Shown in pieces: positions 26,812 to 40,066 of a DNA stretch of 64,000 nt. The notes below the pieces were generated by a model that searched no databases, was not told where the DNA came from, and saw only the letters and a list, made by a program, of their open reading frames with translations. The DNA lies in NCBI GenBank assembly GCA_035221665.1, contig CM069144.1, positions 65,348,001-65,412,000 of the forward strand. The letters run 5' to 3'. The DNA comes from Okamejei kenojei (Eukaryota). Numbering within the stretch: the stretch's first letter is position 1; each line of letters begins with the position of its first letter. Position numbers and translations under genes: made by a program.

Positions 26812-27241
26812 CAGGTCCACGACTAATTTTCCAGCAACTGATGCTCCTTTAATCCAGACAAAAACACAAGTGCACACTTAAAATCCCCCCATAAGTCCCC
26901 CCGAAATGTGACGCATCGGCCGGATAAGGTGGCCGGTCTCGACCTCAATGGGACCTCTGCGTCAATTAGTGGGTGGTCCTAGCAGTCAGGGCTCTGGAAC
27001 TCTAGCCAATCCGGAGCAGGCAGATCCACTCTCATAGCCGACTTCCGCAGCCAATCAACAGGTAGAATTAGCCCCCTGTGGCCGGGGCACTAGAACTCCA
27101 GGCCAGCTGAAGCCGGCAGATCAGTTCCCATAGCCAACATCCGAGGCCAAATTTGTGGACCGGTATTTTGGTCCCTTGTACGCCATGACCTCTGTTGGTC
27201 AGGCAAAATGGATAATGCAGGAACATTGGTGGTGCGCCTAC
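26812..27241. mobile_element. Possible degraded TA-flanked MITE
   Basis: TA|CAGGTCCACGACTAATTTTCC has an imperfect inverted partner near 27220-27240; GC-rich internal tandem motif. Confidence 0.35.
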
Positions 27242-27790
27242 ATTACAATAAAACGAGAGTTAACTCTACAGTAGAACAATTAAACTGATTCATGAAGAAG
27301 GTGAAAAAACTAAACAAAAACAAGACAAAAATAAAACAAGGCCACTTGGTCTTTCACCACCATTCAAGGTGATAACCAATTTATCCCTCTCTCAACCACA
27401 TCGCTGTCCGTTCACCGACCACCAATTCCACAATCTATCAATAGTATAAATATTGGCTGTTTAGCTGGTCTGCATGACCCTCCTGCGTAGAGATTTCCAG
27501 AAACTCACCAACCTCTCAAAGAACAACGTCATACTTACTTCAGTTTTAAATGACTGCCCCCTTATCTTATTACCGTGTCCTCATCTGACTTTCCAGCTGG
27601 CAGAAACATCAAAACATTTATCCTGTCATACCTTCAAAGATCCTGTATGTTCTATAAGAGATCATCACTCATTCTAAACTTCAGAAAAGAAAAAGGTCTA
27701 ACTTTTTAGTTACTCACAATAGGACAATCCGATTATCATATTTATTGGTCTGGTGGACTGATTCGCCAGTATTTGGTGGACTCGCTGGTA

Positions 27791-28188
27791 TCTTACTAAA
27801 AAACTCTCATTTTGACCACTACCTGTCTGCGTTGTATTTAAATTTGCGCAAAAACGACCCCCATAGCGCTACGATTTTTCGTCATCTTCCTCACCATTCC
27901 CCTCTGCTGCCAGTCAAATAAGTTTTGTTCCGATCAGTGAAATAGTACAAAAGTTACGAAGGTTTTGAAGGTTCCCCCTCCCCTTACCCCCACACCGCCT
28001 CCTCCGCACCGCTCCCCCTGAACCCCCCCCCCTTCCCCGCACCCCCTCCCCAGAGTGCTGGAACATTGCTTCGGGTTTTGCATAGGGGGAACAGGCAAGT
28101 GGTGGAATATTGCGTTGGGGAACGGGTTGCGTTTTGGAAGACTAGGCCTCCCGTGTGACTGGGACCCAACGGGTTCCACTTAGTCTAC
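27791..28188 (+). mobile_element. Non-autonomous Helitron-like element
   Basis: A|TCTTACTAA 5' end; subterminal hairpin GGGACCC-AAC-GGGTTCC; ends CTAC|T (CTAG variant); no TSD. Confidence 0.55.
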
Positions 28189-28559
28189 TATTCCTATAAA
28201 ATTGTAATACAGGAAACCCCTATTTTTTTGCTTTTCAAAGTCAACCCTTATAGAACTCACAAATCAGTATCGCAAATATTTGAAATATTGGAAATATTCG
28301 CTCACAGAATGTGTGAAAAAATAAGATGAATGCAAAAGTAATATTTTTTTATGATAAACACAAAATGCTGGATTAACTCAGCGGCACTGGACAAACTAGG
28401 TGATGTTTCATTCAGGGCCCTTCTTCAGACCAGCATCTGCAGTTCATTCCTACACACACGCTTAGTTACTCCAGCTTTGTGTCCATATTTTCTCTTGATG
28501 CATGCACATTGAAGAAGCTTGGCATTATGAAATATTACAATTCAGACTGCTTTATAGGA

Positions 28560-29170
28560 TTACATGCCTCTCCTAAATCTATACACTTCTATCAAGTCAA
28601 CACTCAGCCTCCAATACACTGAAAGTCAAAAGTTTGTCCAATACATTCCAATCCAACCAACATTCTGGCAAAACTCTTCTGCATTCTCTCCAGTCAACAA
28701 ATGCACACAAACACAACGACAAATGCACACAATACTTCAAATATGGTCAAACTAAAGTTTTATACAGTTTTATACAGCTGCAACATGACCGACTGTTATG
28801 CTCAATAGGCCGATTAATGAAGGCAAGCATTCCACCATACACCTTCTTTAACATCCTGAGCACTTGTGTTGCTATTTTTGGGGAGCTGTGGACTTGCACC
28901 CCAAGATTCCACCCTAACCATGGACTGTTTGCCCTCCTACCATCGGGGAGGCGGTACAGGAGCCTCAGGTCCCGCACCAGCAGGATGAGGCGTAGCTTCT
29001 ATAATAACACCATCGCACTGCTGAACTCGGAGTCCCGCCGATAGATTTCCACATCTGTATTTATTTATCTGTATTTATCTATATATTGCTATCACTTCGT
29101 ACTGTCACTAAACTGCATTTCGTTGTACCCATACTTGTATATGTGCAATTACATTAAATTTGAATTGAAT
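28560..29170. mobile_element. Degraded CR1 (minus) followed by Rex1 3' end (plus, about 28905-29170)
   Basis: LGVQVHSS...LYKTLV on minus; HPNHGLFALLPSGRRYRS and a (TTGAA)n tail on plus. Confidence 0.75.
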
Positions 29171-29227
29171 TGAATTGAAGATTCCCTTGAATATCAATGC
29201 TTCAAGGGTCCTGCCATAACTGTAATT

Positions 29228-29320
29228 CAGTCTGAAGAAGGGTTTTGGCCCGAAACGTTGCCTATTTCCTTCGCTCCATAGATGCTGCAGCACCCGCTGA
29301 GTTTCTCCAGCATTTCTGTG
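29228..29320 (+). ncRNA. Penelope-derived minimal hammerhead ribozyme motif with terminal repeat
   Basis: CTGAAGA-A-GGGTT-TT-GGCCC-GAAACGTT at 29232-29259; catalytic core intact. Confidence 0.6.
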
Positions 29321-29649
29321 TACCTGCCATTACTGTATACCATTCTCTTACACTTATTTCCCAAAGTGCAATGCTTTACTTGTCCGCCTGCCAATTCTCC
29401 ACCCACATTTCCAATTGGTTGAAATCCTGCCATATCCTTTGACAACCTCCCACATTATACACACAGTTCCAATGTTTGTGTTGTCTGCAAGTATACTAAT
29501 TGGCCAATCTACCTTTACTCTCAAGTCATTTATGCATAATCAGAGGTCACAGCAATATTCCTCACAGAACATTGGTCAGACACCTTATATCAAATTAATA
29601 CTTCCATCACTATTTCACAGAAAAGCCAACTTTACTTCAAATCTTCCAA

Positions 29650-30170
29650 GTCATGTGATAGGAGTAGAATTAAGCCATTCGCCCCATCAAGTCTACTCCA
29701 CCATTCAATCATGACTGATCTATCTCTCCCTCCTAACCCCATTATCCTGCCTTCGGTCTCCATAACTAGTGACACCTGTGCTAATCAAAAATCAATCTAT
29801 CTCTGCTTTAAAAATATCCACTGACTTGACCTTCACAGCGTAATGTGGCAAAGAATTTCAGATTCAACACCCTCTGACGAAATAAATTTCTCCTCGTCTC
29901 CTTCCTAAAAGAACGTCCTTTAATTCTGAGGCTATGATCTCTGGTCCTATTCTCCCACTAGTGGAAACATCCTCTCCATATCCAGTCTATCCAAGCCTTT
30001 CACTATTCTGTATGTTTCAATGAGGTTCCCCCTCATTCTCCTAAACTCCAGCGAGTACAGGCCCTGTGCCAACAAATGCCCATCATAGGTTAACCCATTC
30101 ATTCCTGGGATCATTCTTGTGAACCTCCTCTGGACCTTCTCCAGAGCCAGCACATCCTTATCCATGAATC
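29650..30170 (-). mobile_element. CR1 3' fragment
   Basis: ORF 29947..30174 KDVLALEKVQRRFTRMIPG. Confidence 0.85.
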
Positions 30171-31189
30171 CCATGCCTAACCCTTAAAAGCTTGATTGAA
30201 GGCCATGTACACCACATCCACAGCCCTATCTTTGTCACCTCATCAAAAAACAAGCTTGTAAGACATGACCTCCCCCACACAAGGCAATGCTGATCATCCC
30301 AAAGAAGTCTTTGTGAGCGTCTCTGTTACCAGTTTTTCCCTCCTATTTTAAACCATCTGATGTGCTGTCTGCGATGTTTGCAGTGACTTCTATTGTGAAG
30401 ACTGGTGCAAAATATTCTATTTCCTGCTATTAATTCCAGTCTCACTCCACTGGTGTTCCATATTTACCTGGGCTACCTTCTTATATACACATAGCTCTTT
30501 CTATTTGCTTTGATATTACACATTAGTTTAGTCAAAACCTTCTGCCCTCTTATTACCAATCTTCCACGATCGTTACTGAAAAATCCCAGCACTCTAATAT
30601 ACCTTTAAACTTCACCACTTTGCATGCTTTAGCTTTTATTTTCTTTATCAACAAAGATGGTTTATATTTCTGATTGTGAAAAATATCTACTAAGCATTAT
30701 GAAACAGCTTAATTATCTGCCACAATAGAGTATGTTTCAAATATGGCAAAAGGTAAACTGAATAAGTAAACAATGATTTGCATGGCTAAGAGTAGAGGGA
30801 GAATTTGAAATGGGTTAATGGCCACATCCTGTGCTGAAACATCTGAGACTCAGGAACTCATTATCACTAGAGTAGTTTAAATAATCTTTTGTGCACTGCC
30901 ACCAATACGCATCCCTACCATATTACTGGGAAAGTCAAGATTAGCTATGTTACTTGAAAGCCATAACCACTCTCTCCATCCAACACTCATTCCTCCAAGT
31001 GGCACCCTACACACCTTCCTTCAAAACTCTATGCAAACTCATCTGTTGATCGACTTGGCATACTGATGTCTTCTAGGTGTAAAATAGAAGTCTTTCAAAT
31101 AACAGCAATTCCAGCTTTTTAAAATTTCTAACATATGCTTTTACATTTTCTCATAATTTCATTAACACATCTTCAGGCACAATCGACAT

Positions 31190-32957
31190 GAGATGCAGGA
31201 GTAGGCCATTCGGCCCTTTGAGCCTGCACCATAATTCAATGTGATCATGGCTGATCATCCACAATCAGCACCCCGTTCTTGCCTTCTCCCCATACCCTGA
31301 CTCCGCTATCTTTAAGAGCCCTATCAAGCTCTATCCAGAGAACTGACCTCCACTGACCTCTGAGGCAGAGAATTCCACAGACTTACAACTCTCTGTGTGA
31401 AAAAGTGTTTCCTCATCTCTGTTTTAAATGCCTTACCCCTTATTCTTAAACTGTGGCCCCCTGGTTCTGGACTCCCCCAACATCGGGAACATATTTCCTG
31501 TCTCTAACGTGTCAAAACTCTTAATAATCTTATATGTTTCAATAAGATCCCCTCTCATCCTTCTAAATTCCAGAGTCTACAAGCCCAGCCGCTCCGTTCT
31601 CTCAGCATATGACAGTCCCGCCATCCCGGGAATTAACCTTGTGAATCTACGATGTACTCTCTCAATAGCAAGAACGTCCTTCCTCAAATTAGGGGACCAA
31701 AACTGCACACAATACTCCAGGTCTGGTCTCACTAGCGCCCTGTACAATTGCAGAAGGACCTCTTTGCTCCTATATTCGATTCCTCTTGTTATAAGGAAGG
31801 ACATTATTGCCATAGAGGGAGTGCAGAGAAGGTTTACCAGACTGATTCCTGGGATGTCAGGACTGTCTTATGAAGAAAGACTGGATAGACTCGGTTTATA
31901 CTCTCTAGAATTTAGGAGATTGAGAGGGGATCTTATAGAAACTTACAAAATTCTTAAGGAGTTGGACAGGCTAGATACAGGAAGATTGTTCTCGATGGTG
32001 GGGAAGTCCAGGACAAGGGGTCACAGCTTAAGGATAAGGGGGAAATCCTTTAAGACCGAGATGAGAAAGACTTTTTTCACACAGAGAGTGGTGAGTCTCT
32101 GGAACTCTCTGCCACAGAGGGTAGTTGAGGCCAGTTCATTGGTTATATTTAAGAGGGAGTTAGATGTGGCCCTTGTGGCTAAGGGGATCAGAGGGTATGG
32201 AGAGAAGGCAGGTACAGGATACTGAGTTGGATGATCAGCCATGATCATATTGAATGGTGGCGCAGGCTCGAAGGGCCGAATGGCCTACTCCTGCACCTAA
32301 TTTCTACGTCTATAAAGGCCAACAAGCCATTCGCTTTCTTCACTGCCTGCTGTACCTGCATGCTTACTTTCAGTGACTGATGAACAAGGACCCCCCCAGA
32401 TCCCATTGTACTTCCCTTTTTCTCAACTTGACGCCATTTAGATAATAATCTGTTTTCCTGTTTTTGCTACCAAAATGGATAACCCCAAATTAAACTGCAT
32501 CTGCCATGCATCTGCCCACTCACCCAACCTGTCTAAATCACCCTCCATTCTCATAGCATCCTCCTCACAGTTCACACTGCAACCCAGCTTTGTCATCTGC
32601 AAATTTGCTAATGTTACTTTGAATCCATCTACATCATTGATGTATATTGTAAACAGCTGCGGTCTCAGCACCCAGCCTTGCGGTACCCCACTAGCCCACT
32701 AGTGACTGCCTGCCATTCTGAAAGGGACCCCCTTAATCCCTACTCTTTGTTTCCTGACGGCCAACCAATTTTCTACCCATGTCAGCACTCTACCCCCAAT
32801 ACCACGCGCCCTAATTTTGTTCACTAATCTCCTATGTGGAACCTTATCAAATGCTTTCTGAAAGTCCAGGTACTACATCCACTGGCTCTCCCTTGTCCAT
32901 TTTCCTAGTTATATCCTCAAAGAACTCCCGAAGATTAGTCAAGCATGATTTCCCTTT
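31190..32957 (-). mobile_element. CR1 LINE interrupted by an oppositely oriented CR1 at 31793-32310
   Basis: RT motifs on minus (ORFs 31577..31813 and 32438..32671); TATAA on both sides of the insert. Confidence 0.9.
31793..32310 (+). mobile_element. CR1 family B 3' fragment
   Basis: RKDIIAIEGVQRRFTRLIPG...GYGEKAGTGY plus 3' UTR. Confidence 0.9.
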
Positions 32958-33849
32958 TTGTGTTTTCCCTTTTGCTATTTACAATCCTTCATTGAGCCAG
33001 CTCCATCAACACTTTTATTCTATCTCCTTTCACTGAGACTTTCCATTTAGTTTTCAATCTTCCCCCTCCCCAATTAAAATTTGTTTTAATCTTTGATTTT
33101 TTCCAATTTTAAATGAAGTATCATTAATGTTTCATTTTTCTCCAAATACTTGATTTGCTCAGTATTTCCTACACTTTCTATTACCTAAACCATCACTAGC
33201 CCTCCGCAGTTCTTACGGAGTCTCGAACCCAAAATAATTTGTCTTTCTGCAATTGCAATTTGAAAAACTGTTCTTTTAGCAATCATTATGGAATCCAACA
33301 CAAAAACAGCACAAAAGCCAATCACCACGGGATTCTTGGTGCAACGAGACAATGAGCGAAACCATGTCATATTCCAGATGTTTTAAGTACACATCATACA
33401 AGCATCAAAGTACATATATTAAATTATGAACCAGATACAACTAACGGAAAATCATGCTTAAACTTATTTCTCTTATTCCTAGTAATAAAAAGCTGCTGGG
33501 TTTATACCAAAGATGGACTCAAAACACTGGAGTAACTCAGTGCATCAGGTCGCAAATCTGTGATGTTTATGGTCGCGACTTTTCTTCAGATTGAAGTAGG
33601 ATCCCAACCCAAAATATCACTTATCTATGTTGTCTAAAGATGCTGCCTGACCCACTGAGTTCCTCCAGCCATTTTGTGTCTATCTTTTACACCTGTAAAG
33701 TTTTAGGGAAAATAAACCAATACTTATGCCCAGATATGAAGGACTCATGGATAACATAATTTCTGTCAAAGCGCCAGCAGAATCATAGAACTTATTGTTT
33801 TAAACTATGTCATATTAACGAGAAAATAATGTGTTTATAGTAGTTAAAT

Positions 33850-35960
33850 AACAAAGGGTAAGTAGGCATGGTGCAGGTCTAAGCAGATGGGATCAAGTAT
33901 ATCCCTGGAGGAGAAGGACCCCTCAGGAATCAAAGCGATCAACTCCGCATGAAGCCACAGGAGATGGGCAATGTCCTCAACTAGAATTTTTCCTGTTATT
34001 ACCGTGGTATCGTCAGCTATAGTCAAAGAGGTGCTGAGGGCCTTGACGCATATGAAGGCAGATAAATCTCCTGGGCCTGATCAGTTATATCAGAGGACAC
34101 TGTGGGAAGCCAGACTGGAAATTGTATGTGCCCTGGCTGCAATGGGTTATACTGTTAAATCACCACCACAGTGACCATTCATGTTTGTCATCTATATTAA
34201 TGATTTGGATGAGAATGTACATGGCATGATTAGCAAGTCTGCGGACCACATAAAAGTGCGTGGTATTGTAGTGTGGATGGTAGTCAAAAATTGCTAGAGG
34301 ATATTTATGAGTTAGTCAGGTGGGCTGAGGAATGGTTGTTGGAATTTAATGAGAATATGAGGTGCTGCATTTTAGGAAGTCCAACATAGGCAGGACCTAC
34401 ACAGTGAACGATAGGTCTCTGGGGAGTGGTGTAGAGCAGAGGGATCTAGGAGTACAGGTGCATGGTTCCTTGAAGGTGGAATCGCAGGTAGATCAGGTGG
34501 TCAAAAAGGCTTTTGGCACTATGGCCTTCAGCAGTATTGAGTATAGAGTATTGTATAGAAGTTGGGGGGGGGGGGGGGGGGTCATGTTGCAGTTATACAA
34601 GACGTTGCTGAGGCCTACTGACTCCCATAGCTATCTTGACTACACTTCTTCCCACCCTAATTCTTGTAAAGACGATATCACCTACTCCCAATTCCGTCTA
34701 CGCCTCATCTGCGCCCAGGGTGAGGTTTTCCAAACCAGGGCATCAGAGATGTCCTCATTCTTTAGGGAACGGGGATTCTCTTCTTCCATTATAAATGAGG
34801 CTCTCACTAGGGTCTCTTCGATATCCCGCAGCTCCGCTCTTACTCACCCTCCACCCTTTCGTAACAAGGACAGAGTCCCCCTTGTCCTCACCTTCCACCC
34901 AATCAGCCGTCGCATACAGCATATAATCCTCAAACATTTTTGCCACCTCCAAGGGGATCCCACTACTGGCCACATCTACCCATCTCCACCCCTCTCAGAT
35001 TTCCGCAGAGACCATTCCCTCCATAACTCCCTGGTCAACTCGTCCCTTCTCACCCAAACCACCCTCTCCCGAGGTACATTTCCCTGCAACCGCAGGAGAT
35101 GCAACACCTGTCACTTTACCTCCCCCCGCGACTCCATCCAACGACCCAAACAATCTTTCCAGGTGAGGCAGAGCTTCACTTTCCTCCTCCAACCGCTGTT
35201 CCAGCTGTCAACTTCTCTACATCGGCGAGGCCAAGCGCAGGCTCAGCAATCGTTTCACTGAACGTCTTAATCAACCTGACTCCCGGTGTCCCAACACTGC
35301 AACTACCCCTCCCATTCTGATCTTTCTATCCTGAGACTTCTCCATTATCAGAGTGAGGCCCAGCGCGAATTGGAGGAACAGCACCTCATATTTCACCAGA
35401 GTTATGAACATTGACTTCTCTCACTTCAGGTAGCCCTTGCCATCTCTCTCCATCCCCTCCCCTTTCCCAGTTTTTCCCCCCCAAGTCTTATCGTCTCTGC
35501 CTACATTCTTTCTTTGTCCCGCCCCTGACATCAGTCTGAGGAAGTGTCTCGACCCGAAACGTCGCCAATTCCTTCTCTCCATAGATGCCGCCTCACCCGC
35601 TGAGTTACTCCAGCATTTTGTGCTTAGCCACATTTAGAGTATTGTGTTCAGTTTTGGGCACCATGTTATAGGAAATATGTTGTCATGCTGGAAAGGGTGC
35701 AAAGAAGATTTACGAGGATGTTGTCAGGACTCAAGGGCCTGAGCTGCAGGGAGCAGTTGAGCAGGCTAGGACTATTTCTTGAGGCAGGTACTATTATTTC
35801 TACTGCCGGAGCTGGCAGTTGAGGCAGGTACTATTGCAATATTCAAGAAACATTTGGACAGCTACATGGATAGGACAGGTTTAGAGGGATATGGACAAAA
35901 CCTAGGCAGATGTGAAAAGTGTAGATGGGACACGGTGGTTTCCACGCCGTATGACTCTAT
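33850..35960 (+). mobile_element. Degraded CR1 split by a Penelope insertion
   Basis: DKSPGPD and QRDLGVQVHGSLKV before 34615; EYCVQFWAPCYRK after 35625. Confidence 0.75.
34613..35622 (+). mobile_element. Penelope-like element (RT thumb, GIY-YIG remnant, terminal repeat with hammerhead at 35536-35563)
   Basis: PTDSHSYLDYTSSHP, PCNRRRCNTC and YIGEAKRRL motifs; CTGAGGA...GAAACGTC. Confidence 0.9.
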
Positions 35961-36037
35961 AACCATCCCAATTTGCACCAAAATCACTTTGGACTGCAAG
36001 TGAGATTTAATTGACATGAATACATATATTTAACAAT

Positions 36038-36225
36038 GGACACAAAAAGCTGGAGTAACTCAGCGGAGCAGGCAGCATCTTTGGAGAAAAGGAATGGGTG
36101 ACATTTCGGGTTGAGACCCTTCTTCAGAGTCACCATTCCTTCTCTCCAGAAATACTGCCTGGCCCGCTGAGCTACTCCAGCTTTTTGTGATTATCTTTGG
36201 TTTAAACCAGCACCTGCAGTTCCGT
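36038..36225. repeat. Inverted Penelope-terminus element
   Basis: CACAAAAAGCTGGAG...CTCCAGCTTTTTGTG inverted arms; reverse hammerhead at 36100-36127. Confidence 0.8.
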
Positions 36226-36327
36226 CTGACATTAGTAGTACTTTTGAATGCTAGTACAATCAAATGGGTTATAATGTTAAATCGCCACCACAGTGACCTC
36301 AACTCTCTCAATATTCATTACAAATAC

Positions 36328-37158
36328 CTTGCATAGAATTGTCGTTAGTCTGGGATAAAGAAGCGGCTGATGGCAAGGCATCCTGCATTTGGACTTCAGC
36401 AATATCCTCCTCTTCCTCCTCCTCCTTTTCCTTCTCCTTCTCTTCAGAAGGTGCTAATACTTCTGCATTCTCTTCACATTTCGGTGCCTCAGGTTCAGAA
36501 ATAGGACTGATGTGAGATTCCTGTTGAGCTTCTGAAACTTCAGAATCCTGCTTTGTTGAAAGCTCCAGTCCATTTGTCATTTTCGGTTCTTCAGGCTGTA
36601 CAATGGGCGAATCCATTACAGGTTCAAGTGGAGGTTCTAGAGGTTCTAATGAAGGTTCAGATACTTGACTAGGCTCAACTTCCTCTGCTGGTGTAAAACC
36701 ATTACTTTCCACTGTCAAGTCTTTTGAACTACATTCTTCTGGAATCACCTCTTTCTGTGGCTCTTTTACCTCTGTTTCACTTTCTTGCATTTCTTGAACT
36801 GCATGTGTCAAAGAAATAGGTTCTGCCAAAGGATTTAGTTCATCATCATCAACAACATTACCATCATCATCATCGCCACCAACATCGCCATCATCATCGC
36901 CACCAACATCGCCACCAACATCGCCATCATCGCCATCGCCATCAGGTGGCACAGACTCTGTCACAGTCACATCAAAAGAGACTGTAATGTTTGTGGTGTC
37001 CTCTGACTCCGTGACGGTATTTTCTTGTACTTCTTTGGACTCTGGTGGTTTAGTGTCATTTTCAGATTTGTTTTCTACAATTTCAGGCGAAATAGGTCTG
37101 TCAAGTTGATTTGGCTCTTCTACTGGTTTTGATATCACTGCAGGGGACTTTGGTTTGT
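36328..37158 (-). CDS. eif4g1: eIF4G1 large acidic/Pro-rich linker exon (DKPKSPAV...NSMQ)
   Basis: Lies within ORF 36308..37171; tgtag|ACAAA...CAAG|gtatt; 831 nt, phase 1 to 1. Has the E-rich tract and SPISEPE motif seen in the human linker. Confidence 0.92.
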
Positions 37159-37908
37159 CTACAAAAATCAAAAAATATTTAATACAAGAAATATCGCATA
37201 CAATTCAAAAAAAATTGGTGCCCGGTTTTAGGAAGTGACACCAATATAGCAACATTGATATTGTCTAGACAGGGTCAGGCTACAGATCATAAGTTGTATG
37301 AAGGCAGCTTGAGTCCAACTTAATGAGATGAGGACATGACAACTTGCAGGTTTTCTTCAATGATATGTTTAAAGCTTAAGCCACCAACATGTGCCAGTGA
37401 AAAGGACATTAATAATAATAATGTTGCTGTAATCATGACTGGGTTCCAGCAGATGAGCCTTTACCAGATTCACCAGTGGTTCGCACTTCAAAAAGTTAAG
37501 CAAGCACATAAAAAGGTGACAAGTCACTCAAGGGAATGACCTACAATTCCATTGACAAAGCATAGGAAGTGTCACCAGCTCTGTAGTAGCTAATTCAACT
37601 GAAGAAAATGGCATTAGGAAAAATACTAAACAAATAAATTAATGTCTATTCAAAGCCAACTTAACTTTGGAGTTTAAGATACCAGGATATTATAAATTAC
37701 TTACATACAGTTTGTAGGAAAGTAGAGCGCCAGATCACATCAACAAATTGCCAATTACAAAAATGTGCCCAGAAGCAAATTTCAACTAAATTATGCAATT
37801 TAGTTAGCTGCTATCTATACTGGGGAAAAAAGCGCCACTTTTGTTGTGCAAGAACAAATTGCTGCCCGATTCCAATGTGGAACTGAGCAGCGGAGCATTT
37901 CATCTTAC

Positions 37909-37987
37909 CTGGCCGGATGACAACGGGAACAGGATGAGGACTTTCCCCATTTGCTTGTACAGCACTTCCTTCTAAGCCTCCTGCAGA
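37909..37987 (-). CDS. eif4g1: eIF4G1 coding exon SAGGLEGSAVQANGESPHPVPVVIRP(D)
   Basis: ccacag|TCTGCA...GGCCAG|gtaaga; 79 nt, phase 0 to 1; resembles human [23 protein letters not shown]. Confidence 0.9.
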
Positions 37988-40066
37988 CTGTGGAATGAGA
38001 AAGGACAGAATGATAGGTTTGTAACTAATTTTTTTAATGTATACATTTGCTCCAAATTTAAAAGTTCTATTAAAGTTGTGGTGTTTAAGCTATTTGATAT
38101 ACAAGTAAAAACGACAGTATGAACAGGCAGAAATTGCCAAATAGTTAGAAACGAAGCATCAGCAATAGTATTTTAATTTAAGTTGAGAGAATGTGGGGTT
38201 TAGCGTGAATAGCTGTTCGATGCTTAACACAAGTTCAATTGAGCCAGAGCCAGTCTCCATGTTGCATCTCTGCCTCTATACACACTTCATATTCACTGTA
38301 GCACTAATATTACTCAGTGAATGTTACTCACTAAGTTTTCAATTGTTGAAAAAAATATTCTCAGTCCATACTTTTCATACAATCACAGAAAACCTATGAC
38401 ACGGATGGAGATTATTTATCTTTCAGATGGCGAGTGTCAGATCCTTTATTACCCTCTGGGTTATAAATAAATCCTAATTTCCTCCACACATTATTTAAAT
38501 TGATATTCATTCATACATGATCCTTCAAAGGGAAATAGCTCCTTCTTATTCACTATACATAACTTTGTAACCTCTCACCTCCCTGTTCATACAGTCACCT
38601 CCCTGTTCCAAAACAATCACCTCAGACCACTCAACCCTTCATCCTAGCTAATATTTTCCTTTCCCCCAACAGAGAGTCCATGCCCCTCTCCAATGTGATC
38701 GTATCTTATTTGTAATGTGGTGATGAGAACACTACAGAAGCTGCAGCTAACTATTATTGTAGCATACCCTTCACTGCTTTTGTAAACCCAGTCTCAGCTC
38801 CAATGAAAGTATATTATACAATTTTTAACCCTCATCAGCCTCCTGACTCAAGGATCCATTTACTCTTCCCAGATATATAACCCAAGATCCCATCTCAGGC
38901 AACATCTTTATCCAGGGTCCATTTGTTCCTCCACAGCTCTTGCCATCCCCAAATGTTATAGCCGATTCACTTGTCTTACTGAACCTTGGGACGTGCATCA
39001 CACCACTCTTTTGGATTAAACTCCAATTGCTAACTTTGCTGCCTAACCAACAAGGCTACCTTTAGAGCTCTGGTCTTGACTAGCTACTTCAAGTACACAG
39101 CAAAAATACAAATTGGACAGAGCTGGAATCTTAATTAGCTAAAGATTAGAACAAAGGCAGGTTGTTTAACAACTATTTACATTTAATTTTGTCAGTTATA
39201 TTCAGTATCTGAATAATATATTGCCATATTCCCAAACACTAAGATTATGGAGCTCAAAGTCATTTTAATAATATTAAACTAAATTTGTATGTGAACTAAT
39301 TTACCCACCCCATCTACACTCAATACTGCTTTGCACATGGTTATAGACATACTTTCATTCATTGCATATGTTAGCATCATCTTGATCATTACACCCTATA
39401 ATTTTTGGCTGCCAATTATATTAAATCTACGTTCCATAGTTATGGTGAATTGCTAAAAGAAATCAGACCTTCCTATCCACTCTAGATCTTTCAATTGTAA
39501 ATAATGTCTCATCTGCCTCCTCTTTTCCAAATCAAATAGCCAGGGTAACAGATCAATAACACTAGCTGTAACTGCATAGTTAAAAAATACCAGTTTATTC
39601 GCTTTCTGAATTAATTGTTCCAGCATGTAAAATGCTGAAATATTTAAATCTTTAAGCATTTTATTTGTTTTAATTATATTTAAATTAAATTAATGAAACA
39701 GTGAAATCTTAGATTTAAAAGCGTTGCTTCAGTCTTTTTCCTCTCCTGTTGACAGGGCATATTCTTAATACTTACGTATCCTTGTTACATAACATAAAAA
39801 AATTACGGTTAATCAATCTTTCATTATTTCTATCTGGTTTGCTAACCAACTCAGCAAAATTGTAGCGCAAAGACAAGAAGCTAGAAAATGAGGGAATTAA
39901 GATTGTCAGAGAATTTGTGAATTTATGACATCACAACCAAACCACAATTTTTTTGCTGTAAAATGAACTTGGTAGTAAAATGCTGTGTGACAATAGAATG
40001 CAACAACATTCCAAATAAATTGATTGCAGAAGGTGATAGGACAGAATTTTGTTTTTACTGGAAATG

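Noticed and set aside
31428-32225. 265-aa ORF
   Set aside because: Chimera of antisense CR1 and sense CR1 across an insertion junction, not a gene.
34362-35261. 299-aa ORF
   Set aside because: Chance in-frame fusion of a CR1 remnant with a Penelope fragment.
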